Assembly (NCBI GenBank): GCA_030601865.1
Contig: JAUWAW010000002.1
Coordinates: 7,410-71,409, forward strand
Length of the DNA: 64,000 bases
Reading direction: 5' to 3'
Origin: Candidatus Nealsonbacteria bacterium
Lineage (GTDB): Bacteria; Patescibacteriota; Minisyncoccia; Minisyncoccales; JAUWAW01
Position 1 is the first letter of the stretch; each line of letters opens with the position of its first letter. This document shows positions 43,147 through 51,909 of the stretch, in pieces. The position numbers and the translations under genes are program-made. The notes beneath the pieces were generated by a model that was given only the letters and a program-made list of their open reading frames with translations, did no database searches and was not told the origin of the DNA.

Positions 43147-43638
43147 TCAAGCCCTCATCTTAAGTCCACAGCAAATAGCCACCCCTAAAGCGTCAGCTGC
43201 GTCGTCTGGTTTTGGAATCTCTTCCAATTGCAAGAGCGTCTTAATCATTCTCTGTATCTGTTTTTTCTCTGCCCTTCCATAACCGGCTATGGTCATTTTA
43301 ACCTGAAGGGGAGTAAACTCATAAACCGGGAGTTTTTTCTTTGCTGCGGTTAGTAAAATCACTCCTTTGGCTTGGCTAACCGGCATGGCTGTTTTCAAGT
43401 TTTTGAAAAAATAGACATTTTCAACAGCCAAAACTTCTGGTTGATATTTCTTAATTATCTTGTTCAATTCATTATTTATTTTTTTTAGACGTTCTGGCAT
43501 TCCCCAAGAAGGATCCGTTTTAATTACTCCATAGCCTAAGCACTTTAAATTACTTTTGCTTCCCTCTTTTTTCTTTTTTACCCTTACGATTCCAAAACCA
43601 GTGCTGGCTGTTCCAGGATCAATACCTGTAATAATCAT
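43147..43638 (-). CDS. ruvC: Crossover junction endodeoxyribonuclease RuvC
   Basis: MIITGIDPGTASTGFGIV start, with catalytic D/E pattern and a C-terminal DAADALGVAI. Confidence 0.88.
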   Translation of the reverse strand: MIITGIDPGTASTGFGIVRVKKKKEGSKSNLKCLGYGVIKTDPSWGMPERLKKINNELNKIIKKYQPEVLAVENVYFFKNLKTAMPVSQAKGVILLTAAKKKLPVYEFTPLQVKMTIAGYGRAEKKQIQRMIKTLLQLEEIPKPDDAADALGVAICCGLKMRA

Positions 43639-44369
43639 ACTTTTAAATTAGAGTATATTTCCTGCACTGCTTCGTTCTCGTCCAAGGCCTCAAACAATTT
43701 CTGGGCTACCTCTTTTTCTTTTTGTCCTTTCTCAATCTCTTCTTTGGCTACCCAGTCCAAAGAAGCTGAATCAATCTTAATACCCTTTTCTTCTAAAGCC
43801 CGCTTGACGCTCTCTAAATCCTCTGGTTTTGTATAAACATCTAAAAGGTCTTGGTGCCAATAGAGGTTTTCTGCTCCTACCTCAATTGCTTTTAGTTCCA
43901 ATTCCTCTTTTTCTTTATTCGTATATTCGTAAGTATTCGTAATTCGTAGAGTTACACAACCTTTTCTTTCAAAAAGCCATTTGACCGACCCTCCACCAGC
44001 CAGTTTGCCATTATGCTGCTGCAAAACCTGCTTAATTTCAGCTAATGTCCTATTTTTGTTGTCAGTAATGCCTTCAATAATAATAGCTATATTTCCTGGC
44101 CCATAGGCCTCAAAAAGAATCTCCTCAAGCTTTGCGCCCGGCAGCTTGCCAGTTCCCCTCTGTATAGCTCTTTGGACATTGCTTTTTGGTAGATTGTACT
44201 TTTTGGCCTCTTCCAAGGCCTGTCTTAATTTCGGATTCATCTCGGGGTCGCCTCCATCCTTTGCTGCAACCGAAATCATCCGAGCCAGTTTGGAGAAAAC
44301 CTTGCCCCGTTTTTGGTCCTCCACGGTTTTACGGTGCATCACTGTCTTGAAATGACTATGGCCGCTCAT
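43635..44369 (-). CDS. yebC: YebC/PmpR family DNA-binding regulator
   Basis: MSGHSHFKTVMHRK...GGDPEMNPKLR signature. In-frame heptamer insert at 43917-43948. Confidence 0.88.
   Translation of the reverse strand: MSGHSHFKTVMHRKTVEDQKRGKVFSKLARMISVAAKDGGDPEMNPKLRQALEEAKKYNLPKSNVQRAIQRGTGKLPGAKLEEILFEAYGPGNIAIIIEGITDNKNRTLAEIKQVLQQHNGKLAGGGSVKWLFERKGCVTLRITNTYEYTNKEKEELELKAIEVGAENLYWHQDLLDVYTKPEDLESVKRALEEKGIKIDSASLDWVAKEEIEKGQKEKEVAQKLFEALDENEAVQEIYSNLKV
43917..43948. repeat. ATTCGTA heptamer cluster (4 units), in frame in yebC
   Basis: ATTCGTA T ATTCGTA AGT ATTCGTA ATTCGTA, translated as LRITNTYEYTNKE. Confidence 0.7.
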
Positions 44370-44427
44370 ACAGATTTATTCTATCTTAATTATTGATTTT
44401 ATTCAAGCAATTTGCTACACTTAAATT

Positions 44428-44955
44428 GTGCGAAGGCAAAAAAACATTATTGAAAGGATATTGGTCAATCAACGAATAAGGGCTCGCAGAGTCCGAGTTA
44501 TTGATGAGACCGGCAAACAGTTAGGGGTTATGGATTTAGTAAAGGCTCTACGGACAGCCAGAGAGCACAATTTAGACCTTATTCAGGTTACCAAAAAGGT
44601 TGAACCACCTGTCTGTAAAATCTTGAATTATGGAAAGTTTCTCTACTGGGAAAAGAAGAAAAAGAAAGCGGCTAAGGCACATCAGGTCGGTGAGATTAAG
44701 GGTATAAGATTAAGATTTAGCATTTCGCTACACGATTTAGAAATAAGGGCCCGCCAGGCAGAAAAATTTTTAAGAAAAGGAAATAAAGTAAGAGTAGAAA
44801 TGAAGTTGCGAGGACGAGAAAAAGCACTGGGGAATTTTGCCAAAGAGAAAATAAATAAATTCCTGGAGGTTTTAGAGGGCCTCATTCCTTATAAAATTGA
44901 AAGGGGACTCAGGAGACAACCAAGAGGTCTAACAATGATAATAACTAAAGAATGA
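44428..44955 (+). CDS. infC: Translation initiation factor IF-3
   Basis: INQRIRARRVRVIDETGKQLGV and C-domain IKGIRLRFSISLHDLEIR. The infC-rpmI-rplT order is conserved. The track start at 44428 is a non-ATG (GTG) codon, as is typical for infC. Confidence 0.88.
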   Translation: MRRQKNIIERILVNQRIRARRVRVIDETGKQLGVMDLVKALRTAREHNLDLIQVTKKVEPPVCKILNYGKFLYWEKKKKKAAKAHQVGEIKGIRLRFSISLHDLEIRARQAEKFLRKGNKVRVEMKLRGREKALGNFAKEKINKFLEVLEGLIPYKIERGLRRQPRGLTMIITKE

Positions 44956-44956
44956 T

Positions 44957-45142
44957 ATGAAAACTCGCAAATCAATTGTCAAACGTTTCAAAATTACCAA
45001 AACCGGCAAGGTTCTTCGTCGAGCCACTGGTCAGGACCATTATCGCGCCAAAAAATCCGGTAACAAAATAAGGGCAACTCGGAAATGGGTCCATGTTTCA
45101 AAACCCTTGGCTAAAAAGATTAAAAAACTTTTACATGGTTAG
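44957..45142 (+). CDS. rpmI: 50S ribosomal protein L35
   Basis: MKTRKSIVKRFKITKTGKVLRR pattern. Confidence 0.88.
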   Translation: MKTRKSIVKRFKITKTGKVLRRATGQDHYRAKKSGNKIRATRKWVHVSKPLAKKIKKLLHG

Positions 45143-45482
45143 AGTTAAAAGAGGTAAAATCGCGCATAAACGTCGCAAGGCGGTATTAAAACACACCAAA
45201 GGTTTCCGTTGGGGTAGAAAAAGCAAATACAAAGCAGCTAAAGAGGCGCTTTTGCATGCTTGGAAATACGCTTATCGCGACCGCAGAACCAAAAAAAGGG
45301 ACTTCCGCCGCCTTTGGCAAACCCAAATCAATGCTGCCTGCCGCCAGCATGGTTTATCTTATAGTAAATTCATCCATGGCCTCAAACAAAAAAAGATTGA
45401 GCTTGACCGAAAAATCTTAGCCCAACTTGCTCGAGAGAAACCGAAAATTTTTGCAAAAATTATAGAAACAGTAAAGAAATAA
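45135..45482 (+). CDS. rplT: 50S ribosomal protein L20
   Basis: MVRVKRGKIAHKRRKAVLKHTKGFRW. The ATG at 45135 is preferred over the track start at 45093. Confidence 0.9.
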   Translation: MVRVKRGKIAHKRRKAVLKHTKGFRWGRKSKYKAAKEALLHAWKYAYRDRRTKKRDFRRLWQTQINAACRQHGLSYSKFIHGLKQKKIELDRKILAQLAREKPKIFAKIIETVKK

Positions 45483-45492
45483 TTTTATCACA

Positions 45493-45516
45493 CTTTTCCT
45501 ACGATCGTAGAAAAAG
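45493..45516 (+). terminator. CGATCG-centred palindrome acting as rplT terminator
   Basis: CTTTTCCTACGATCGTAGAAAAAG. Confidence 0.5.
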
Positions 45517-45546
45517 TAGTATAAAATACGGGGAATTTTGCTATTT

Positions 45547-47109
45547 TTACCAATCTGTATATATTAATTTGCCTACATCCTGAAGAGGAAAATTAGGCTC
45601 TAAGCGAATTCCCAATACATCTTGGTAAACTTTTGAAATAGTATGCATCCACTCATCGGCATGATAACCAACATAAAGTAAATGGAAAGTATCAAGATTT
45701 TCCTTTGCCGCTCTGAAGTAAATATCTCTTCTTATTCCTTTCATAAACGTTTCAAATCCTTTCTTTAAATCTTTGTATTTTCGATTCCGCAAAGGAGTTA
45801 CCTCATAAGTGGGAAGGCCGTTTTTCATCAAACCGTTTTGCCAATGATAGGCCATGGGATTATTATACCACCTTGGAAAAGAGCAGTTTCCAAAGCCACT
45901 TTCCGCTACCATAATGCCGGTAAGGAATAATGGGTGGATATGATATTCTTTTGTTACTTCAACAATAAGTTCAGCTATCTGTTTCGGATTTATAATCTCT
46001 TGTTCATCAATGCGGGTCTGAAAATAGATGCAATTTGGATAATAATCAGTTATGAATTGACTTAGGCGATTGATAAATTCTTCTTTGTAAAGATCTACCT
46101 GAATAGGATTTTCATAATGTGATGTTTTATATTGGTAAAATTCGTGAGTTACCTGAGTTACCATTGAATCTCTAACTTGCCCCCGCACAGGCCTAACGCA
46201 TCGGAAACCAATGTCATAGTTGTAGTTACTTGGTGCTGTATAACTTCTTTTAGCCACTCTAAGATAAAAAGGGCTGATGCTGCCCCAGGAGCCACCGCGC
46301 AAAACTTTTGTCCGCCCGGTTTTAGGGCCCAATGGGTTGTCTGTAACATCCTTAGTATAATAGTTTGGGTCATACCAATCATTACAAAAATGCCATATAT
46401 TACCACTCATTCCATAAAGTCCATAATTATTTGGCTTCTGGTCTTTTACCTTTGCCAAGCGCCACCATTCACCTTTCATTATCCCTTTTTCATTATCAAG
46501 ATTTGCAAATGAGGGATTGAATTCATCTCCCCAAGGGAATGATTTATCCACTAGTCCCCCGCGAGCCGCGTACTCAAATTCAGCTTCGCTGGGTAATCTA
46601 TAGCCATTAGCCAAACTATCTAATTCCCATAAAGGATAACCCCAAGCATCTAATTGGTCAGTCAGTTTATAAGCTGGTGAAAGCCCTTCAACCTTACTTC
46701 TCCAATTACAATAATCGACTGCCTGATACCAATTGAGACCGGTAACGGGATGTTCTGGTTGATTGTAAGTTTCATAATCCCAGTATTTAGGCTGAAGGCC
46801 GCCGGCGTCAATGTATTTCTGGAAATCGGCATAGGTGAGAGGCGTTTCATCCATATAAAATGTTCTCACCGTTACGGTATGCACCGGAAGCTCATCAGTA
46901 AAACCATTTGCGTCGCCCATCAAAAAAGTACCACCGATTATTAAAATCATCTTCTTAATACCGTTTATAGTTTTGGGCAATTTATAATTTTCTTCTGCTT
47001 CATCTACTTCTTTCTGCTGACCCAGTTCCTCGCGCTCCGCACTAATAGCAAAATACAAAAGCCCTGCGAAAACTATAAAAAAAATGAATATTTTTAAAAA
47101 CCTGACCAT
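45547..47109 (-). CDS. Secreted/anchored FGE-sulfatase (SUMF1, C-type-lectin-fold) domain fused to a C-terminal glucosaminidase-like domain
   Basis: FGE-type motifs GGTFLMGD, YRLPSEAEFEYAARGG, RGGSWGS, GFRCVRP. The C-terminal part has IHPLFLTGIMVAESGFG, reminiscent of the ESGWG glucosaminidase/FlgJ motif. N-terminal signal anchor. Confidence 0.65.
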   Translation of the reverse strand: MVRFLKIFIFFIVFAGLLYFAISAEREELGQQKEVDEAEENYKLPKTINGIKKMILIIGGTFLMGDANGFTDELPVHTVTVRTFYMDETPLTYADFQKYIDAGGLQPKYWDYETYNQPEHPVTGLNWYQAVDYCNWRSKVEGLSPAYKLTDQLDAWGYPLWELDSLANGYRLPSEAEFEYAARGGLVDKSFPWGDEFNPSFANLDNEKGIMKGEWWRLAKVKDQKPNNYGLYGMSGNIWHFCNDWYDPNYYTKDVTDNPLGPKTGRTKVLRGGSWGSISPFYLRVAKRSYTAPSNYNYDIGFRCVRPVRGQVRDSMVTQVTHEFYQYKTSHYENPIQVDLYKEEFINRLSQFITDYYPNCIYFQTRIDEQEIINPKQIAELIVEVTKEYHIHPLFLTGIMVAESGFGNCSFPRWYNNPMAYHWQNGLMKNGLPTYEVTPLRNRKYKDLKKGFETFMKGIRRDIYFRAAKENLDTFHLLYVGYHADEWMHTISKVYQDVLGIRLEPNFPLQDVGKLIYTDW

Positions 47110-47120
47110 ATTAATTCAAA

Positions 47121-48665
47121 TTATTTTAGCGCTTCGTAAAACTTTGCCCAATCAAAATTCCAGGGGTCAGTTTTGCGGTCGGGCGCTATTTGATTGTGGC
47201 CCAAAATATAATTTATTTTATATTTTGTCTTTAAAAACTTAACTAAACTGCCAAGCGAATTATACTGCTCCTTGGTAGGAGTATCAGATTTTGAGTTAAC
47301 TAATTCAATACCAATAGAAAAATTATTGACATTGGTTCTACCGTCAGGCATTTTGCTAACACCGGCGTGATAGGCAATATCTTTATCGAGCGCCAAACGA
47401 TAAATGGTCCCATCACGCGCAATAAGATAGTGTGGTAAGACACCATAGAGTTTATATTCTTGAATAATGCCATCAATATTATAGGGATTTTCACCAAGGG
47501 CGTCGTAAGAGGAGTGAATAATGATGGTGTCAATTAAACGGGGAGACAATGGTGTATGGTGCCCCCAAGCAAGAATTCTATTGACAACATTAAGAGGGGT
47601 TTCTGAATCTTTTATTTCCAGGGTTTCGGTTGGTTTCTCTTCAGTTTTTTCTGGCTGGAAGTATTTGTTAATTTTAATATCTTGGGGGATTACTTGTTCT
47701 ATTTTGCCATTTTTGATGATTACTTTCAGTAAAATGCTTTTCAGGGTTTCTTCAGAAAAGTCCTGGTCAAAAACAAAGTCGCCCAAACTGTAGGCAATCC
47801 AGCCCTCTTTGTATTTTTCTATTTTTTGGACGACATGAGGATGGTGTCCTACTACTAAATCAGCGCCGGCCTCAATGCTGGCTTGAGCAAAAGAAATTTG
47901 AAAAGGCGTGGGTTTTAACGAATACTCCGTCCCAGCATGTAAAGAAACAACCAAAATATCTACTGCTTGCTTGAAGTTTTCAATATCTGCTTGAATGGCT
48001 TCTAAGCTCTTTTCATCAATCCAGGCAAGACCAGGACTTTCTCGCTGTGCCATCCATGTTTTTGGGCCTAAATTAGTGTAAGCCAAAAATCCAACCCTCA
48101 CGCCTTCCGTCTCTTTTATCTTTACTGAGAAGGCCTCTTCTCTGTTAAATCCAGCGCCAATATAATCTATGCCATTTCCTTTTAAAATCATCATTGTCTC
48201 TTTTAAGGCTGTGCTTTGGTAATCAAGCATGTGATTGTTGGCTAAAGACAAAATATCAAAACCAGCAAAAGTAAGTCCTTCTATGGCCTCTGGTCTGAAT
48301 CTGAAAGAACAAATACTGCCCACCTTTATACCCTTATCTGAAATTGGTCCTTCTAAATTACCGAATAAAATATCTGCTTTTTTAAGTTCTTCAGCTATTT
48401 TCAAAAAGGGAAATCTAAAATCCCCTTCCCCGTATTTTTCTATCATATATTCCACTCCTCGGTTTAACATAATATCTCCTACCAGAAAAAGGGTAATCTC
48501 TGGGGCCTCTGGAATGTCTTTGAAGGCAAACTCAAGAGAAAAATCAATAGCAGCTTGTTGGTTCTCTATTAAAAACTCTTTAGCTGGCAAAATAAAACTT
48601 AAAACAAAAAACCCCCCAGCTAAAACCAAAATGACAGTTAGAGTGGCTAATGTAAACCTTTGCAT
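47121..48665 (-). CDS. CapA/PGA-type metallophosphatase domain fused to N-acetylmuramoyl-L-alanine amidase (Amidase_2/PGRP) domain, membrane anchored
   Basis: CapA motifs FLVGDIMLNRGV, ANNHMLDY, GHHPHVVQ. Amidase_2 motifs IIIHSS, HYLIARDGTIY, AYHAG, SIGIEL, GHNQIAPDRKTDP. Confidence 0.75.
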   Translation of the reverse strand: MQRFTLATLTVILVLAGGFFVLSFILPAKEFLIENQQAAIDFSLEFAFKDIPEAPEITLFLVGDIMLNRGVEYMIEKYGEGDFRFPFLKIAEELKKADILFGNLEGPISDKGIKVGSICSFRFRPEAIEGLTFAGFDILSLANNHMLDYQSTALKETMMILKGNGIDYIGAGFNREEAFSVKIKETEGVRVGFLAYTNLGPKTWMAQRESPGLAWIDEKSLEAIQADIENFKQAVDILVVSLHAGTEYSLKPTPFQISFAQASIEAGADLVVGHHPHVVQKIEKYKEGWIAYSLGDFVFDQDFSEETLKSILLKVIIKNGKIEQVIPQDIKINKYFQPEKTEEKPTETLEIKDSETPLNVVNRILAWGHHTPLSPRLIDTIIIHSSYDALGENPYNIDGIIQEYKLYGVLPHYLIARDGTIYRLALDKDIAYHAGVSKMPDGRTNVNNFSIGIELVNSKSDTPTKEQYNSLGSLVKFLKTKYKINYILGHNQIAPDRKTDPWNFDWAKFYEALK

Positions 48666-49105
48666 AAAAATTTATTTGCTTTTTTAAGGATTTCTTTGGT
48701 GTTTTTGAAAGTTAATTGCTCTAGTGCCTGCTCATAAGCCAGCCATTTGTAACCAATATGTTCATAGGAAATTTTGACCTCTTTTGTTTTTGTTTCAGCT
48801 AGAAGATAGGTGACGATTTTAAAGATGTTTTTGTTCTCCTGTTTGTAAAAATACTTAATCCATTCTTTAAAACCCTCAATAAATTTAATATCTTCTATGC
48901 CTGTTTCTTCTTTGGCTTCCCTTAAGGCAGTTTGCTCCAAACTCTCGCCTTGCTCAATATGTCCCTTAGGAAATCCCCAATGCCCGCCCACATCGCTACG
49001 CGAAGCGTTGCGGGCGGGTCCCAACCCATAATGTAAAAGAAGGTAATGGAGCTCATTACCTTCTCTTCTAAATATAACAACGCCGGCTGATTTTTCTAAA
49101 GGCAT
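48647..49105 (-). CDS. Nudix hydrolase (Ap4A-hydrolase-like)
   Basis: WGFPKGHIEQGESLEQTALREAKEETGI Nudix box, interrupted upstream by the in-frame GC-rich hairpin E2. Confidence 0.75.
   Translation of the reverse strand: MPLEKSAGVVIFRREGNELHYLLLHYGLGPARNASRSDVGGHWGFPKGHIEQGESLEQTALREAKEETGIEDIKFIEGFKEWIKYFYKQENKNIFKIVTYLLAETKTKEVKISYEHIGYKWLAYEQALEQLTFKNTKEILKKANKFLCKGLH
48982..49019. repeat. GC-rich hairpin element, copy E2, in frame in the Nudix gene
   Basis: CCCGCCC...GGGCGGG outer stem with inner ACGCGAAGCGT. Translated as PARNASRSDVGG. Confidence 0.7.
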
Positions 49106-49107
49106 GT

Positions 49108-51666
49108 TTATTCCTCTACAACGATGTAGGGCTTGTTAGAAGAGTTTATTCCTGCTTCGTCGTACCAAATTGGTCTTTTCATGCTGTCCATTACTTCTGC
49201 TCGCCATTTTTCGTCTGTGAGGCGGTCTTTCATGGGCCAGGCAAACTCAAAATAACTAAACATTGGTCCTATGGCAATTCCTATTCTGCCCTCTTTGCTC
49301 TTGTGCGCCACCAGTAGCCAATCAACTTTGCCAGTGCCAACTTCTAAAACCTTCTTGGTGTTTGTTTCGGTATGCACATCAGCAATCATACTTGTTTTGA
49401 AGGCTTCATCCTTGCCCTCAAGTGAGGTCTCTTCTATAAGTCCCGGCTTCATCAAGGGTTTCTTCTCTTTTATGGTCAAAGCAGAAGCCAATTTCTGCAA
49501 GATATTGTTAAACTGTTCATCAATATCTTTGATGTAGTTATAGTCGTTTTCGGTTAGCGCTTCGCCTTGAAGTTCTTTTTCTGAAATCTTCTCTAAACGT
49601 GCCATCATCTCTGAACTTTGCTGCAGCGCTAAGGCAACCTCATCTGTCATCACGCCCTGTTCTTTCAGGCCTGCTTCCAGATATTCAACAGCATATTTTG
49701 CCCTGGCAAATAATTCAGGATTGGCTTCAACATAACCATAGTATTTGGCCTCTATTGGCGGCATGGCTGTTTCTTTAGCCACGGCCCAAGTATAACTCTG
49801 TTTAACATACAAAATAGTATCATGCCGCAGTTCTGCCCAACTTGATAGCCCAGTGATTAGGTCTTTTAATTTCCACAATCCGCTTCTCATCCAATTAGGC
49901 AAACCATTCGGCTTTTCTTTCAGAATTGGCTGGAGCATCCAAAGCCAGGTATTGTATAGATTTTTTGTCCATTCGGTCTCATCATATGACTTTACCAATT
50001 GTTTAAGTTCTTCCTGCTTTTTATCGCAATCGCAATAACTATTGTCATAATATTCGTCCAAAACCTGCTCTGCTTTTTTAGAGCCCAAGGTATTCATCAC
50101 GTCCAGACCAGTGGGCATAAACCGGCAGACAGAATAAAGCTTCTCTGGCTGTGTCTCGTAAAGGTTAAGCGCGACCTCGCAAACCGCATTCCAGTACTCT
50201 TCTTTACCCCACCCCCTGCCTAAACCATCTTTTTCCATATCCTGACAGGTCAAGGGCTTGCTCAGCCCCATTGCTTTCATCACTTCATTATAATAAGGCG
50301 AATCTGGATTGGGTCCAACATTCTTATAAACCAAATCGCCTAAAATTTGAGAGTCAATGGCATATCTTTGCCCTATCAGCCGCATACCCTGGGTTAAATC
50401 TTTTAGATTACCAGCCAAGTCAATTTCAAAACCGCCTAAAATCTTTGGTCCTCGCAACTTGACTATTGCCTCTCTGAATTCATCAATGTTAATATCAGCA
50501 ATGTTTTCAGCGCTAAGAGGAGTTGTTATCAACTCGTTTAAGGCCTGACTGTAATCATAAAAAGTTAAATCATCAGAGGCACCAGCAAAAAACCCAGTGA
50601 TAGAATATATCTTTTTCCACAGGTTTTCCACAGCAGCGCTTTTAACTGCTAACGTAAGTAGCAAGGCCTGTTTTGTCCAGTCATCTCCTCTGGCTTTGAA
50701 AGTAAGCCGGCCCAGCCACATCATTGCCTTAAAGTATCTTTTTAGCTCCTCAGAGCTTGTGTAGTGGCCTCTGGGCACATACTGTGAGTAATCCTCACAA
50801 TAACACTTTCTGGTGCAAACCTCTTTGTAAAACTCTAAACTGTCCCAGATTTTACCCTCATAGGGAATGTTTGCTCCTTTAACCTCCTGGCTGCATTTTT
50901 CTCCATCAGGATATTGACCACTAGTAAAAGCAAGTCCCTGGGGAAGAACTTTGTCCAAGCATTCTTCGGGGCAACCCGAGCTGAATATAGGCGATTTATA
51001 AAATCCTTTATGGTCTTCTATTCGCTGAATTTCCTGCTCCACCTCTTTTTTCACTGAAGAAGGCACTTTATAAGAGGGGTTTAACAATTTCATAGCCACT
51101 GCCAAATAAGCAATGTTTCTTTGAGCCAATTCTTTTTCAGCACCTGTTTGTTCTTCTGCCTCCTTGATTACTGCTTCTAAAAACTCTTTAAGTATTGGAG
51201 AAAGTTTTTTTATCTCTAAATTCTTCAAAATCTCATTAAATTCTATGTGGAAAAGGTGTAAAATACTGTCAGCGGTTATAAAAATAGGGATATCTTCATC
51301 GCTTAATTCGCCATAAGCATTTTCAAATCGGTCATAATCCTGACCGGCCATGATAAGAACACCATTTGTGAGTAAAATCTCTTTTTGTTCCTCTGTAAGC
51401 TGCTTACCAAATCTTTCCACAATATCTCTTTGATAATTTTCAGGCAGTTCTGACAAAGGTAAAGAATATTCAGGATTATTATAAATTGTTTCCTCAAAGG
51501 TATAAGCAGGGAAACTTGAAGCCAAAGCCAGAGGAGGAAATAAAATATCAGACAAGGGCGGTCTTTCCTCTTGAGGCCCCTTGCTCAGATAAGCTAAAAA
51601 TCCGAGTGCGCCAATAATCACCAGGATAACTAAGATAAAAATTTTAGAAAATGCTTTTTGGGGCAT
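49108..51666 (-). CDS. DUF3160-like large secreted/anchored protein
   Basis: N-terminal signal anchor. VPRGHYTSSEELKRYFKAMMWLGR matches my recollection of the DUF3160 core motif. First gene of the four-gene minus-strand unit. Confidence 0.6.
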   Translation of the reverse strand: MPQKAFSKIFILVILVIIGALGFLAYLSKGPQEERPPLSDILFPPLALASSFPAYTFEETIYNNPEYSLPLSELPENYQRDIVERFGKQLTEEQKEILLTNGVLIMAGQDYDRFENAYGELSDEDIPIFITADSILHLFHIEFNEILKNLEIKKLSPILKEFLEAVIKEAEEQTGAEKELAQRNIAYLAVAMKLLNPSYKVPSSVKKEVEQEIQRIEDHKGFYKSPIFSSGCPEECLDKVLPQGLAFTSGQYPDGEKCSQEVKGANIPYEGKIWDSLEFYKEVCTRKCYCEDYSQYVPRGHYTSSEELKRYFKAMMWLGRLTFKARGDDWTKQALLLTLAVKSAAVENLWKKIYSITGFFAGASDDLTFYDYSQALNELITTPLSAENIADINIDEFREAIVKLRGPKILGGFEIDLAGNLKDLTQGMRLIGQRYAIDSQILGDLVYKNVGPNPDSPYYNEVMKAMGLSKPLTCQDMEKDGLGRGWGKEEYWNAVCEVALNLYETQPEKLYSVCRFMPTGLDVMNTLGSKKAEQVLDEYYDNSYCDCDKKQEELKQLVKSYDETEWTKNLYNTWLWMLQPILKEKPNGLPNWMRSGLWKLKDLITGLSSWAELRHDTILYVKQSYTWAVAKETAMPPIEAKYYGYVEANPELFARAKYAVEYLEAGLKEQGVMTDEVALALQQSSEMMARLEKISEKELQGEALTENDYNYIKDIDEQFNNILQKLASALTIKEKKPLMKPGLIEETSLEGKDEAFKTSMIADVHTETNTKKVLEVGTGKVDWLLVAHKSKEGRIGIAIGPMFSYFEFAWPMKDRLTDEKWRAEVMDSMKRPIWYDEAGINSSNKPYIVVEE

Positions 51667-51693
51667 AGTTTTGTTGTTATTAATTATTAATCG

Positions 51694-51876
51694 TTATTTT
51701 TGGCTAATTCTTTCAAAGATTTTAAGGGTTGAGTGCTGTGCCGCCCATTTTTTGATGTAATTAGTGTCAACTTCAGAAATCTTTAAAATTGTTTTAACGT
51801 CTTCTAGGTGCTTTGAGGAGCTACCTTTTTTATACCACAGAACTTTAGCTAAAATCAAATCTTCAGGGCGGCTTTT
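51694..51876 (-). pseudogene. C-terminal fragment of a nucleotidyltransferase/MNT-like gene (no start codon)
   Basis: Open frame KSRPEDLILAKVLWYKKGSSSKHLEDVKTILKISEVDTNYIKKWAAQHSTLKIFERISQK, bounded upstream by TAA. The PEDLIL.KL......KHLEDV..IL pattern fits such proteins. Confidence 0.35.
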
Positions 51877-51909
51877 TTAGAATTTAACGTCATATTCTCA
51901 GGTTCATTT

